Positions 49,492 to 58,866 of a stretch of 61,429 nt of DNA are shown here, piece by piece (position 1 is the first letter of the stretch; every line of letters starts with the position of its first letter). The DNA lies in the IMG/VR virus record IMGVR_UViG_3300029305_004950, positions 1 through 61,429 of that record. One strand, 5' to 3'. A model generated the notes under the pieces. The model worked only from the letters and a program-made list of their open reading frames with translations, was not told where the DNA came from and searched no databases. The position numbers and the translations under genes are program-made. Source of the stretch: a virus. Taxonomy: Duplodnaviria; Heunggongvirae; Uroviricota; Caudoviricetes.

Positions 49492-49911
49492 ATGTTAAAA
49501 GAACAGGATTTTATATGGAAAGAACATATGACAAACAATATACCAAGTAATCCATTAGAAGAATACTATTGTTTGGTAGATACTGGAAGTTGTATTAGAA
49601 AATATAGTATCCAACCACAGTATCCAGAAATAAGAAATGGCTACGTTGATCATTCTAAAGAACCTGAATTATACATTTTCTTTGAAGCAACTGGTAGAAA
49701 AGCAACAGATGAAGAAAAGAAAAGCATGTTTTATGAGTATACTAATTATGATGGTTGTGTATTTGATCATAAAACATTTATTAGAGCATATATATCAATG
49801 ATTGAAGCCAAACAAAGAGCATATTTCAATTATAAAGCTATTTATGGTTATGCACTATCTCATATTGTAGATAATGTAGAGGACTCTACAAAAGATCATG
49901 TTTTTATTTAG
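49492..49911 (+). CDS. hypothetical protein
   Basis: AGGAGG Shine-Dalgarno; early-type promoter at 49444-49454. Confidence 0.6.
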   Translation: MLKEQDFIWKEHMTNNIPSNPLEEYYCLVDTGSCIRKYSIQPQYPEIRNGYVDHSKEPELYIFFEATGRKATDEEKKSMFYEYTNYDGCVFDHKTFIRAYISMIEAKQRAYFNYKAIYGYALSHIVDNVEDSTKDHVFI

Positions 49912-49929
49912 ATTGAGGAGGAATTAATA

Positions 49930-50151
49930 ATGCAAATATTTTTTAAAACTAAAAACTTTGAAAATGACAGGGAAGAAGTTTATTCAGCCTGTAGTCTTAC
50001 TTTACAGCAATTTGTAAATGGTCTACAAGAACTATGTAATCAAGGTTATGGAGATAGAAAAGTTAGTTGTTGTGGAGTAACTGATTTCTATATTCATACA
50101 TTTGATAAAGATAGTAAATATATTACTATTGATGATGAAAGAGATATCTAA
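49930..50151 (+). CDS. hypothetical protein
   Basis: 73 aa; GAGGAG Shine-Dalgarno. Confidence 0.55.
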   Translation: MQIFFKTKNFENDREEVYSACSLTLQQFVNGLQELCNQGYGDRKVSCCGVTDFYIHTFDKDSKYITIDDERDI

Positions 50152-50173
50152 TAAGATTGGAGATTTAAACATC

Positions 50174-50428
50174 ATGGAAGAATCTAAGAATAAGTACCTT
50201 ACAGTAGGACAATTAAAGAAAATTTTAGATAATTGCGTAGATGAATCTAATAAAGATTGTTTAGTAGTTATAGATTCTAAACCGTTATCTAGTAGATCTT
50301 ATATTGGTGCAAGTCCTTCCACCTGTTGTATGCCATTTGCTGGTTTTGGTATTGATTGGGATTCTGAAAAGTTCCTTATCTTCCCTTCTGAAACATTGTA
50401 TTTTAATGATGTTGATAGAAATCTTTAA
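50174..50428 (+). CDS. hypothetical protein
   Basis: Likely start MEESKNKYLTVGQLK after GGAG. Confidence 0.55.
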   Translation: MEESKNKYLTVGQLKKILDNCVDESNKDCLVVIDSKPLSSRSYIGASPSTCCMPFAGFGIDWDSEKFLIFPSETLYFNDVDRNL

Positions 50429-50517
50429 AACATTAAAGATTTCTATAAAAATATATTATGAATAAGTGTAAACTAACTTATTCTTTCTAAAAGTGGAAGT
50501 TAACAAGGAAGGGTTGG

Positions 50518-52020
50518 GTGAACTTATTGAATTCACAAATTGCAAACATCTATAATGAATTTATACATGATAATGAAGACGGAAAATACGTTATTATAGA
50601 ATTTGATAAGATTCTTAAAGAAGAAGGTATATCCCATATAAATGATTTTTCTTTAAAGAAACGTTCATACTATACTATTAATGGTTTAATTACAGACTCT
50701 ATAAAACGTATTTTTAATGGTTGTCAGGATAAAGTTATACTTCCCTATTTAAATCTAGCTTATAAGATAAAGGATTTACAAAAGGAATATTCTAAAGAAG
50801 ATTTAATCAATGATATAGTTAATGAACTTAATTGCAAAACTGTAAAACGTTTTGTTAGTGAATTTATCAATAGTAACTATGTAGAAGAACTTGATGAACA
50901 AACAGAAGAAACTAAAAAGACAAAAAGGATCAATCAGGAATTACAGTTTACAGATCAACATGTAAAAATCTTATTAAAAGCAGCAGAAAGTATTCGTTTG
51001 TCTATTCCCTTAATTACTGAATTTTGCGAAAAAAGAAAATATGAAGTAAATGATACTCTATACGAAACTTTCGAAGCCATAATTAAAGCATATCAAGGTA
51101 AGATTGAAATGATGAATAAAATTCATCGTTTTGTTTATTCTCGTGTTGTATCTACACAGTATAGTGATAAAACTATTTGGACTTTATTAACTAATAAATC
51201 CAAAGATGTTAATGTAATTACTATAGAATTTTTAAAAGATATTGTTATTGGTATTTTACCTAAAACCGTCACTGAAAAAAACATCATTAATCTGTTTCAT
51301 GTTGTTATTAAACGAAAAATTTCATTTGAATTTTCTAAAAATCATAAAATTACATTTAAACCAGTAAACCTAAATCAGGTTGATGGAGAAGGTTTAACAA
51401 TGTTTGATAAATGGGAAGCCTCTATGAATAAGCGAGATGAGAGTAAGATTATTATTAATCAGCTTTCCATTCAATATCAGATTGAAAATATACAGAATGA
51501 TTTTAAAATCAAAATTTCAGCTGATGAATTCAAATATTACAAAGATCGTATTCATATCAATAAGTTCCAAACAAATTTACTGTTCCTATTCTTCGCCAAA
51601 TATATGGGTAGTTATAGTAATTTGTATAATTGCAACAGAGATGAATATATCTTCCTTGTTATTTTACTTTATAAATGGTTTAAGATAAATGGTTATGAAT
51701 GTTTAGCTGATTATATTATTGCTTTACCAGATCGTTTAAATGAAAAACGTATGACAACTAAGAATTCAAAGCTATTTGAAAAAATTACTGAATCTAGAAC
51801 TTATAAAGAATTAATTCGGAATAAATATTCTTATATTAGTCAAAATATAATCCAGTCTAAGATTATAATAAAGTTAGTTGGTAATATTAGTGTAAGTAAA
51901 TACAACTATCTTATCCCATATGATGAATATGATTCAACTAAAGAATATGAATCAGAAGAAATTATTTGTAAAGTAGATGACCTAGCTGATGAGATTTTGA
52001 ATTTTATTAAACTAATTTAA
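50518..52020 (+). CDS. non-virion RNAP promoter-specificity subunit (AR9 gp226-like)
   Basis: FDK...ISHINDFSLKKRSYY, INQELQFTD, YSRV...YSD-x-x-IW and terminal LADEIL match AR9 gp226 as recalled; close to the chaperonin gene as in AR9. Confidence 0.75.
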   Translation: MNLLNSQIANIYNEFIHDNEDGKYVIIEFDKILKEEGISHINDFSLKKRSYYTINGLITDSIKRIFNGCQDKVILPYLNLAYKIKDLQKEYSKEDLINDIVNELNCKTVKRFVSEFINSNYVEELDEQTEETKKTKRINQELQFTDQHVKILLKAAESIRLSIPLITEFCEKRKYEVNDTLYETFEAIIKAYQGKIEMMNKIHRFVYSRVVSTQYSDKTIWTLLTNKSKDVNVITIEFLKDIVIGILPKTVTEKNIINLFHVVIKRKISFEFSKNHKITFKPVNLNQVDGEGLTMFDKWEASMNKRDESKIIINQLSIQYQIENIQNDFKIKISADEFKYYKDRIHINKFQTNLLFLFFAKYMGSYSNLYNCNRDEYIFLVILLYKWFKINGYECLADYIIALPDRLNEKRMTTKNSKLFEKITESRTYKELIRNKYSYISQNIIQSKIIIKLVGNISVSKYNYLIPYDEYDSTKEYESEEIICKVDDLADEILNFIKLI

Positions 52021-52100
52021 AACTTTAATACCCTATAATTCTTAAAAACTAAGAATTATAGGGTAAAATTTTTTGATTAGAAAGGAGGGTTAATAATAGT

Positions 52101-53153
52101 TTGAATAGAAATGTAATTAGAGATGGACTTATAGAATCCATTCAACGAAATATAAGACCAGCTAATCTGAATTCATCTAAGAATGAGTTAATGATAAGAT
52201 GTCCATACTGTGGAGATTCACAAAAGTCAGAACTTCATACACATATGTATATTGGATTAGATAATGAATTCTGTTTTCCTTATTATTGTCAAAAATGTAC
52301 ATCATCTGGTATAGTTGATAGAGATTTCTTAAAAGATATAAACGTTTTGGATTATATCTTAATGGGAGAACTTGAAAAATTCAATAAGAAAAATGCTTAT
52401 AATCAAAAAAATAGAAAATCTGTAAATACTACTTATGATATCAAATCTTTAATGAAAAGAAAACCCTTGATAATTCCAGAGTTTAAAGGAACATCTAGAG
52501 AAGTAGCAAAACTAGACTATATTAACTCTCGTTATAGTTTTGATTTAGAACCAGAACAGTATATACAAGGTTATAAAGTCATCTTTTCATTTAAGAAATT
52601 TGTAGAAGAAAATGAATTAGAAGAGATTTATTTAAACGATTATATGTTGAAAAACATCATAAGAAACTATATAGGATTTTTGAGTTCCGATCAATCTTAT
52701 ATCATATTTCGAAATATAGATCCGAATTGTAGGAAGAATGAACGTTACTACATGTATAACATCTTTAACGATCAAACTGGTAAAAGATTTTATACATGTA
52801 ATTCTAAGATAGACTTACTAACTCCTAAGATTGAATTAGTAATGTCAGAAGGTCCATTTGATATACTTGGTATTAAAGAGTATTTTTATAAGGGAAATAC
52901 AGAGAATAAAATCTTTACTTCAGTTAATGGTAAGGGTTATGGATTGATTATCAATCATTTTGCTAGATTAGGATTCTTAAATATGGATATTTCTATATAT
53001 TCGGATGCCGATGTTGGTATAGGAATGTATCGTAATCTTAAAAGAAGTTATGAAATGATTTCTAATAACAAAACTAAAGTATTTTATAATACTTTAGATA
53101 AGGATTACGGAACTAAAATAAACAAGATAAAACTTAAATCTAATTTTATATAG
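52101..53153 (+). CDS. DNA primase
   Basis: Zn finger CPYCGDS...H...CQKC; TOPRIM EGPFD and DAD; KDYG. Confidence 0.85.
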   Translation: MNRNVIRDGLIESIQRNIRPANLNSSKNELMIRCPYCGDSQKSELHTHMYIGLDNEFCFPYYCQKCTSSGIVDRDFLKDINVLDYILMGELEKFNKKNAYNQKNRKSVNTTYDIKSLMKRKPLIIPEFKGTSREVAKLDYINSRYSFDLEPEQYIQGYKVIFSFKKFVEENELEEIYLNDYMLKNIIRNYIGFLSSDQSYIIFRNIDPNCRKNERYYMYNIFNDQTGKRFYTCNSKIDLLTPKIELVMSEGPFDILGIKEYFYKGNTENKIFTSVNGKGYGLIINHFARLGFLNMDISIYSDADVGIGMYRNLKRSYEMISNNKTKVFYNTLDKDYGTKINKIKLKSNFI

Positions 53154-53165
53154 GATGGTGGTTTA

Positions 53166-53447
53166 ATGAGTGGTAAATATTTAGCTCCAGTTCTTATACT
53201 ATATTTCTTCTTAGTTTCAGTAATTATCGTTTTTATTTGGGCGTGTTTCTATAATAAATCAGCAAATAATACAGTTAAAGCAAGATATTTAGGTGAAAGT
53301 ACTATTTTTGATCATAATGAAATCTATCAATTAAAAATCTACACTAAAGAAAACCATATAGTTGTTAGAAATTTCAAAAATAAGACAATGTATATTCCAT
53401 ATACATCTTTAGAAGAACTTAATAAAGATTGGAAGATAGTTTATTAA
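53166..53447 (+). CDS. small membrane-anchored protein
   Basis: N-terminal TM helix. Confidence 0.55.
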   Translation: MSGKYLAPVLILYFFLVSVIIVFIWACFYNKSANNTVKARYLGESTIFDHNEIYQLKIYTKENHIVVRNFKNKTMYIPYTSLEELNKDWKIVY

Positions 53448-53547
53448 GGATTTTTAATTCTTTACAAACAACATATTAATAAGACTAATCCATCGTTAGT
53501 TAAAAATTTTAAATAAAGAATTTTTCTTTGAAAGGAGATAAATTACT

Positions 53548-53817
53548 ATGGAAATTAAGAGAATTCTATCTAAGACTGTTGGTCTAGAAGATTGGATCGA
53601 AGTTGGCGGCAAGGTTCGCTTTGATGGCAAGATTTGCAAGGTCACTAAGATTGAAGAAGCTGGCGAAATGTACAAGGTTACTATGACCGATGCTGGTTTT
53701 ACTTCTTATGATGCACTAAATCAGGTTCGTCCTCTATTTGCTGTTAATGCTGTTCCTGTTGAGAGTGGCAAGATTTATGAGATGACTGTTGCTGCTGAAG
53801 CTGTTGAAAAAGAGTAA
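53548..53817 (+). CDS. small, probably abundant virion protein (short paralog)
   Basis: Late promoter at 53470-53481; high-expression codons; near-identical to the N-terminus of the next gene. Confidence 0.55.
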   Translation: MEIKRILSKTVGLEDWIEVGGKVRFDGKICKVTKIEEAGEMYKVTMTDAGFTSYDALNQVRPLFAVNAVPVESGKIYEMTVAAEAVEKE

Positions 53818-53835
53818 GCTTGCTAAGTAATTTTT

Positions 53836-53876
53836 AAAGTAGAAGGTCATTTAAGTAATGATCTTCTACTTTTTTT
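53836..53876 (+). terminator. intrinsic terminator between the two paralogs
   Basis: aaagtagaaggtcat/atgatcttctacttt stem plus T tract. Confidence 0.75.
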
Positions 53877-53909
53877 ATCATAAATACTTTATAATGAGGT
53901 GAAAAAATC

Positions 53910-54794
53910 ATGGCTATGGAAATTAAGAGAATCTTATCTAAATCCGTTGGTCTAGAGGATTGGGTTGAAGTTGGCGGCAAGGTTCGCTTTGATGGCAAGG
54001 TTTGCAAGGTCACTAAGATTGAAGAATCTGAAGGTAAGTATACTGCATATATGGTTGATGCTGGTTTTACTACTTATGATGCTTTAGGTCTAGTTCGTCC
54101 TCTATTTGCCCCTAATGCAATTCCCGTTCCTGCTGATAAGATTTATCAGATGACTTTATCCAATGTTACTGCTGTTGAAAAGGAAGAAGTTATTGTTCCC
54201 CTCACTGTAACAGTTGGTGGTGTAGAATATGCTACTGTTTCTGAAGCATTAGCAGCTGCTAAAGATGGTGATGTTGTAGCTATTAGTGGTGATGTTGTAT
54301 TTGAAGAAAAAGTCACTCTAGATAAGAAGGTTACTATTGATCTTGCTAGTGATGCTAGTTTAGTAATTCCTACTGTTGAGAACAACTATGGTATGATTGT
54401 TAAGGGTGATGTTACCATTGAGGGTGACGGATCTGCAACTACTGGTGAATTCGGTATCGGTGTTCCTGCTGTTGGTAAACTAACTATCAATGGTGGTGAC
54501 TATAAGACTGATGGTACCTATCTAATTGGTGCTTGGGGCGAAGTTACTATTAATGGTGGTAATTTTGAATCTCCTTATTGTTGTGCTAATGCATTCAATG
54601 GTGGTAAGGTTTATATCACTGGTGGTAACTTTGTATGTCCTGATGGCGAAACTATGATTCTAGGTGAAGATGCAAAATCTGTTATGAGAGTATCTGGTGG
54701 TATTTTCAATCATCCTGTTAAGGAAAAGTATTGTGCTGAAGGTTATGCACCTAAGGCTAATGCAGATGGTACTTATACTGTTGAAGCTATCTAA
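53910..54794 (+). CDS. virion protein: duplicated N-terminal domain plus beta-helix-like C-terminal extension
   Basis: MEIKRILSK-x-VGLEDW domain followed by YATVSEALAAA and repeated TINGG/ITGG/VSGG turns. Confidence 0.6.
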   Translation: MAMEIKRILSKSVGLEDWVEVGGKVRFDGKVCKVTKIEESEGKYTAYMVDAGFTTYDALGLVRPLFAPNAIPVPADKIYQMTLSNVTAVEKEEVIVPLTVTVGGVEYATVSEALAAAKDGDVVAISGDVVFEEKVTLDKKVTIDLASDASLVIPTVENNYGMIVKGDVTIEGDGSATTGEFGIGVPAVGKLTINGGDYKTDGTYLIGAWGEVTINGGNFESPYCCANAFNGGKVYITGGNFVCPDGETMILGEDAKSVMRVSGGIFNHPVKEKYCAEGYAPKANADGTYTVEAI

Positions 54795-54831
54795 TAAAAA
54801 ATGGAAAATCACTATATAGTGATTTTCCATT

Positions 54832-56100
54832 TTACTTTTTAGATTCTTCTATTCTTTTTAATTCTCTCCACTCATATAGAGTAGCTTGATTAGCGTAACA
54901 ACCAATATGATAGTTATAATTAAAGAAAGGATTTAAAAGTACAATTTTCTTTTCTCTCCAATCTATTACAAAATCTTTACCAAAATCTAGTTTTTTTCTA
55001 TCACGATATAAAACAAACATAAAAGTTTCTACTAGATATTCGTAATCTCTTTTCTGTAATTGCTCATTTATGAAATCAAGTGTCTCTATTGGTAAGAAAT
55101 CATCCATAGATATACTATCTAATGGTGTATTAACTTCTGTAACAAGTTCTTGCCATTTAATAAGAGTTTTATCACCAATTGTATTATTGGGTCTTAAAGG
55201 CACAGATCCATATATATAAACTTTTGATTCATCAAAAGTAGGCTCATAACGTCCTGAAGGTAGAGAATTACATTCAAACATGTAGTTTGAAGGAATCCAT
55301 AACTCCATTGTTAGTGTCATTTCTACAATTTCTTCACTTCCAGCCATATTATTCTTGGTAACAGTTTTAGTATCTGTATCAGGGGGAGTTTCTACAGTTA
55401 CTAGTATATTAGCTAGATACGTATGGACAAATGTATGATTACCACTACCAGTATATATAACAGGTTCTATATGACCTTGAGAATGATTTTTTAGATATCT
55501 AAAAAATTCTTCTCTTTCATAAGGATCTTTAATTTCTAAATCCTTACAACTTGATAACGCCTGTATTAAAGTATTTGGAATTTGAGCTTTTAGTAACTGA
55601 TTGTTCCAATATACTCTGTCATTATTATGGAATTTTTGTCTTAGCATATAGACAACATCCATTTTTTGTAAATGTGTTTCTACCTTGACTTTATAGTCAA
55701 AAGAAAACTTAACTCTATTAGGAATGGCAGAGATTATAAGATTATCCTCGTCATTATAAAAAATTTTTTTATAACCATATCTAGATGAATAATGATTAAA
55801 AGTATGAACTATTCCTCTTCTCCAAGTAGGATATGGACCACCATAAGTATCATCATAATCAGGTACAAATGAAGGTGTTATGGATAATTGAGGATATTGT
55901 TTAATTGGTATATCATCATCGTCTATTTCTGCTTGTTGTGAAGAAGCTAATGCAGTAGAAATATAAATGTCTTTAAAGTAATTTTCTGGAAAAAAATCTA
56001 AAATTAAATCTCTAGCAAATCCAGTCATAGAACTTAATAAAGAACAAATAGAATTTGAAACATTACAAGTGATTATAGTTTTTTTAGAATTGCTTTTCAT
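54832..56100 (-). CDS. probable virion structural protein
   Basis: 422 aa; last gene of a late operon. Confidence 0.45.
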   Translation of the reverse strand: MKSNSKKTIITCNVSNSICSLLSSMTGFARDLILDFFPENYFKDIYISTALASSQQAEIDDDDIPIKQYPQLSITPSFVPDYDDTYGGPYPTWRRGIVHTFNHYSSRYGYKKIFYNDEDNLIISAIPNRVKFSFDYKVKVETHLQKMDVVYMLRQKFHNNDRVYWNNQLLKAQIPNTLIQALSSCKDLEIKDPYEREEFFRYLKNHSQGHIEPVIYTGSGNHTFVHTYLANILVTVETPPDTDTKTVTKNNMAGSEEIVEMTLTMELWIPSNYMFECNSLPSGRYEPTFDESKVYIYGSVPLRPNNTIGDKTLIKWQELVTEVNTPLDSISMDDFLPIETLDFINEQLQKRDYEYLVETFMFVLYRDRKKLDFGKDFVIDWREKKIVLLNPFFNYNYHIGCYANQATLYEWRELKRIEESKK

Positions 56101-57221
56101 TCTTCATCACTTCTCTCATCAATCATATTGCTTATAACAATTTTACCATTATGCTCTTTAAGATTTATTAAAGTACCATCTTTTGTTTCTACTATTGGTA
56201 ACATAGGATCATCTGTATGCTTACGAACAATTCCCATTTCTCCATTAGATAAAATTACTTCTTCATCTATAGCAAAATAAGATATATGACGCATTATAAG
56301 ATCAGAAACTTCTTTAGAGAACATATATGATGAATTACGAACAAAGAATTTATTGATGTTTTTACCATTTCCTATAGATGGGAATTTATGTTTAAATCTC
56401 ATTAAGAACATATCAAAATAGTTAGCGGCTTGTACAATATTGACAGCTATATCTTTTTGCTCATTAGTAATTTTGTTTTCTTCATAGTATGTTGGATATG
56501 ACATATATCTTTTTTTAGTTTTATCATAAGATTTATCATAATTTTCCCAAACATTTTGAAGAAGAATAATTTTTTTACTAATTAAGGGAACTAATTTGTT
56601 ATTAAGAACTTCATTATATCCTAAAACTGGAACCATTTCAATTAAGTGATATTCTTCCATGTTATAGGCATGATTACTTTCAGCTAGAATTGGAAATTCT
56701 ATAAATAACTTATTTCTTCCAATTTCATGCAATATACTTCCTATTGCAATTCCTTTAATTAAATTATGACTTAAATTAGCTTTAATTGCAATAATAAGTG
56801 ATATAATAGTTACACGAATTGAATGATTAAATATTTTAGTATTTAAGATAAACAGATTTTCTAAATAGTTTTTAAAGTATTTTTCTTTTAAGATATCATT
56901 TAAAAAAATATCTATAATGTTTTTTAGCAAATCTATATCATCTGTACCTGAATATGAGTATCTATTAAAGATAAGGTCCATTTCAGATTTAATAATATCT
57001 AAGATATCATCAGTAATAATGTTTGTAATATCATTATTTAAAGTATCACTAGTATAAGTGAAAATATAGAAAATATGATCTTTTAATTCAGTTACTCTGT
57101 TTATAAAAGCATCATCAATTACAGAGTTACTCTGGAAGAGTAACTGTCCATTATAAAAAACGTCTCTAGCTAGAAACGCACCTTCATAATCAGCAATTTC
57201 ATTAACATTAACTTTTTTCAT
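56097..57221 (-). CDS. HD-GYP domain protein, catalytically degenerate
   Basis: HSIRV, LHEIG, SYP, AANYFD in place of HSxRV, LHDIG, GYP, ADxFD. Confidence 0.75.
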   Translation of the reverse strand: MKKVNVNEIADYEGAFLARDVFYNGQLLFQSNSVIDDAFINRVTELKDHIFYIFTYTSDTLNNDITNIITDDILDIIKSEMDLIFNRYSYSGTDDIDLLKNIIDIFLNDILKEKYFKNYLENLFILNTKIFNHSIRVTIISLIIAIKANLSHNLIKGIAIGSILHEIGRNKLFIEFPILAESNHAYNMEEYHLIEMVPVLGYNEVLNNKLVPLISKKIILLQNVWENYDKSYDKTKKRYMSYPTYYEENKITNEQKDIAVNIVQAANYFDMFLMRFKHKFPSIGNGKNINKFFVRNSSYMFSKEVSDLIMRHISYFAIDEEVILSNGEMGIVRKHTDDPMLPIVETKDGTLINLKEHNGKIVISNMIDERSDEE

Positions 57222-57230
57222 CTAAAACAG

Positions 57231-57983
57231 TTACTCTCCTTTCTCTTCTTTTTCTTTTTTCTTTTGTCTAGTTATGCATTGTAATGCTTCTTCTTTACTA
57301 ATTAAACGGTTATTTAATCTAATTAGATTTAGAATAGCTCTTGCTTCTTTTAATTCTTCAGTATCTAATACATACATCTCTAGTAATTTTTCAACTTGTT
57401 CATCAGGAGTTTCAAATAAAGATTGAGTTATCATTTTGAACTTCTGGTTAGGAGAAATATATCCATACATTTCTAGTATCATTATGATATTAAGCTGATT
57501 AAAAGAAGTTATATTTTCAGGTAATTTAAGGTCATTCGGATCATAGAAATTTGGCAGCAAATCATCTTCTGTATTATCCAAATTGTTATTAACAACAATA
57601 TTTACATTATTGTTATTTTCAACTGTTTTTTCTTTAGTAGATTCTTCTTTGTCATCTTTTTTCTTTTTGGATTTAAAAGCAGAAATCTTAGGCATAAAAT
57701 AAAGAGTAGCTAGTATACTAAACACAATAGAAACTAGGATATTTTCTATCAATAGTATACAACATATACTAATACCCATAGATACAATCAATTCTAATAG
57801 ATAATCAGATAGTCTATATCTCTTATCTTCTGCTAAATCTTCCTTCTTTACTAGTAAAAAATCCCTGATAGCAAAAAATACAGATAGTGCTATCAGAGTT
57901 ATTATATAGTAAATAAAGGATAAATCCTTCCCTTGCATATTACCAACAAGAATTTCAAAAAAAGATGTGATATTAAAATTCAT
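57231..57983 (-). CDS. membrane protein (about 3 TM) with cytoplasmic C-terminal domain; holin candidate
   Basis: Three hydrophobic segments followed by a basic tract; late promoter at 58035-58046. Confidence 0.5.
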   Translation of the reverse strand: MNFNITSFFEILVGNMQGKDLSFIYYIITLIALSVFFAIRDFLLVKKEDLAEDKRYRLSDYLLELIVSMGISICCILLIENILVSIVFSILATLYFMPKISAFKSKKKKDDKEESTKEKTVENNNNVNIVVNNNLDNTEDDLLPNFYDPNDLKLPENITSFNQLNIIMILEMYGYISPNQKFKMITQSLFETPDEQVEKLLEMYVLDTEELKEARAILNLIRLNNRLISKEEALQCITRQKKKEKEEKGE

Positions 57984-58100
57984 ATCATATCACCAACTTT
58001 CTTTCTTTATACAAAATTTTTATGTTTAAAATCTTAATATATTGTTAAAAAAAATAAAGAAAGATTGATAAAAATCAATATTTCTTTATTGTTTGTTTCT

Positions 58101-58511
58101 TTAAGGAAGACCTAGAATTTTCATATCAATAAGATTGTTAATTGTATCTAGTAAGAATTCTTGTGTTAATAAGTCATTTTCATTTTCAATTTCTTTGTAA
58201 TCAAAGAACTTTTTGAAATTATAACCACACATACCACCATAACTAGTACAACTAAATCTTATTTTCTTTTTATAAGCTTTAGCATCTTCATCATAGATAC
58301 CTAACCATACACCATTTTCAGTACCATATTTTAAATCTGCTGGTGTACCTATACCTTTAGAGATACACCAAGCATCTATTACGCTATTTCTCCAGAATAG
58401 AGGTTCTTTAATCTGAGTTCTATCTAAGACTATTAGTTTAGTAATGTCATTTGGCTTTAGATTGTACTTGTTTTTTACCTTTGGTTCTCTCATATAGTTA
58501 CTCCTTACCAC
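58101..58511 (-). CDS. hypothetical protein
   Basis: ORF in operon downstream of the RNAP gene. Confidence 0.6.
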   Translation of the reverse strand: MVRSNYMREPKVKNKYNLKPNDITKLIVLDRTQIKEPLFWRNSVIDAWCISKGIGTPADLKYGTENGVWLGIYDEDAKAYKKKIRFSCTSYGGMCGYNFKKFFDYKEIENENDLLTQEFLLDTINNLIDMKILGLP

Positions 58512-58534
58512 ATATCAGAAGTTTATCTCCAAAT

Positions 58535-58795
58535 TTATAAATTTTCATTAAAGAAACGATTAATATCAGTAATTTCAAATAAATCAGTTCTCCATCTACC
58601 TGCCCATGTTGCATATGCCTTTGCTTTTCCTTCTAATAGTTCATTAAAAAGCATTATATTTCTATTTATATTAGATTTATTTCTTCCAAACTGTTCAATT
58701 TCATTATTCTCTCTAATTATAAAATAACAATTTAGCGAATTACTTTTGATATTATATGGAAATGTATCAACTTCAATATCTTTTCTCATTTGCAT
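58535..58795 (-). CDS. hypothetical protein
   Basis: 86 aa; Shine-Dalgarno; WAGRWRTDLFEI. Confidence 0.6.
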   Translation of the reverse strand: MQMRKDIEVDTFPYNIKSNSLNCYFIIRENNEIEQFGRNKSNINRNIMLFNELLEGKAKAYATWAGRWRTDLFEITDINRFFNENL

Positions 58796-58866
58796 TATTT
58801 CCTTTCATAAAATTTTAGTCTAGATGACTCTTAATGAATCATCTAGACTATTATTAATGTTTTTAC

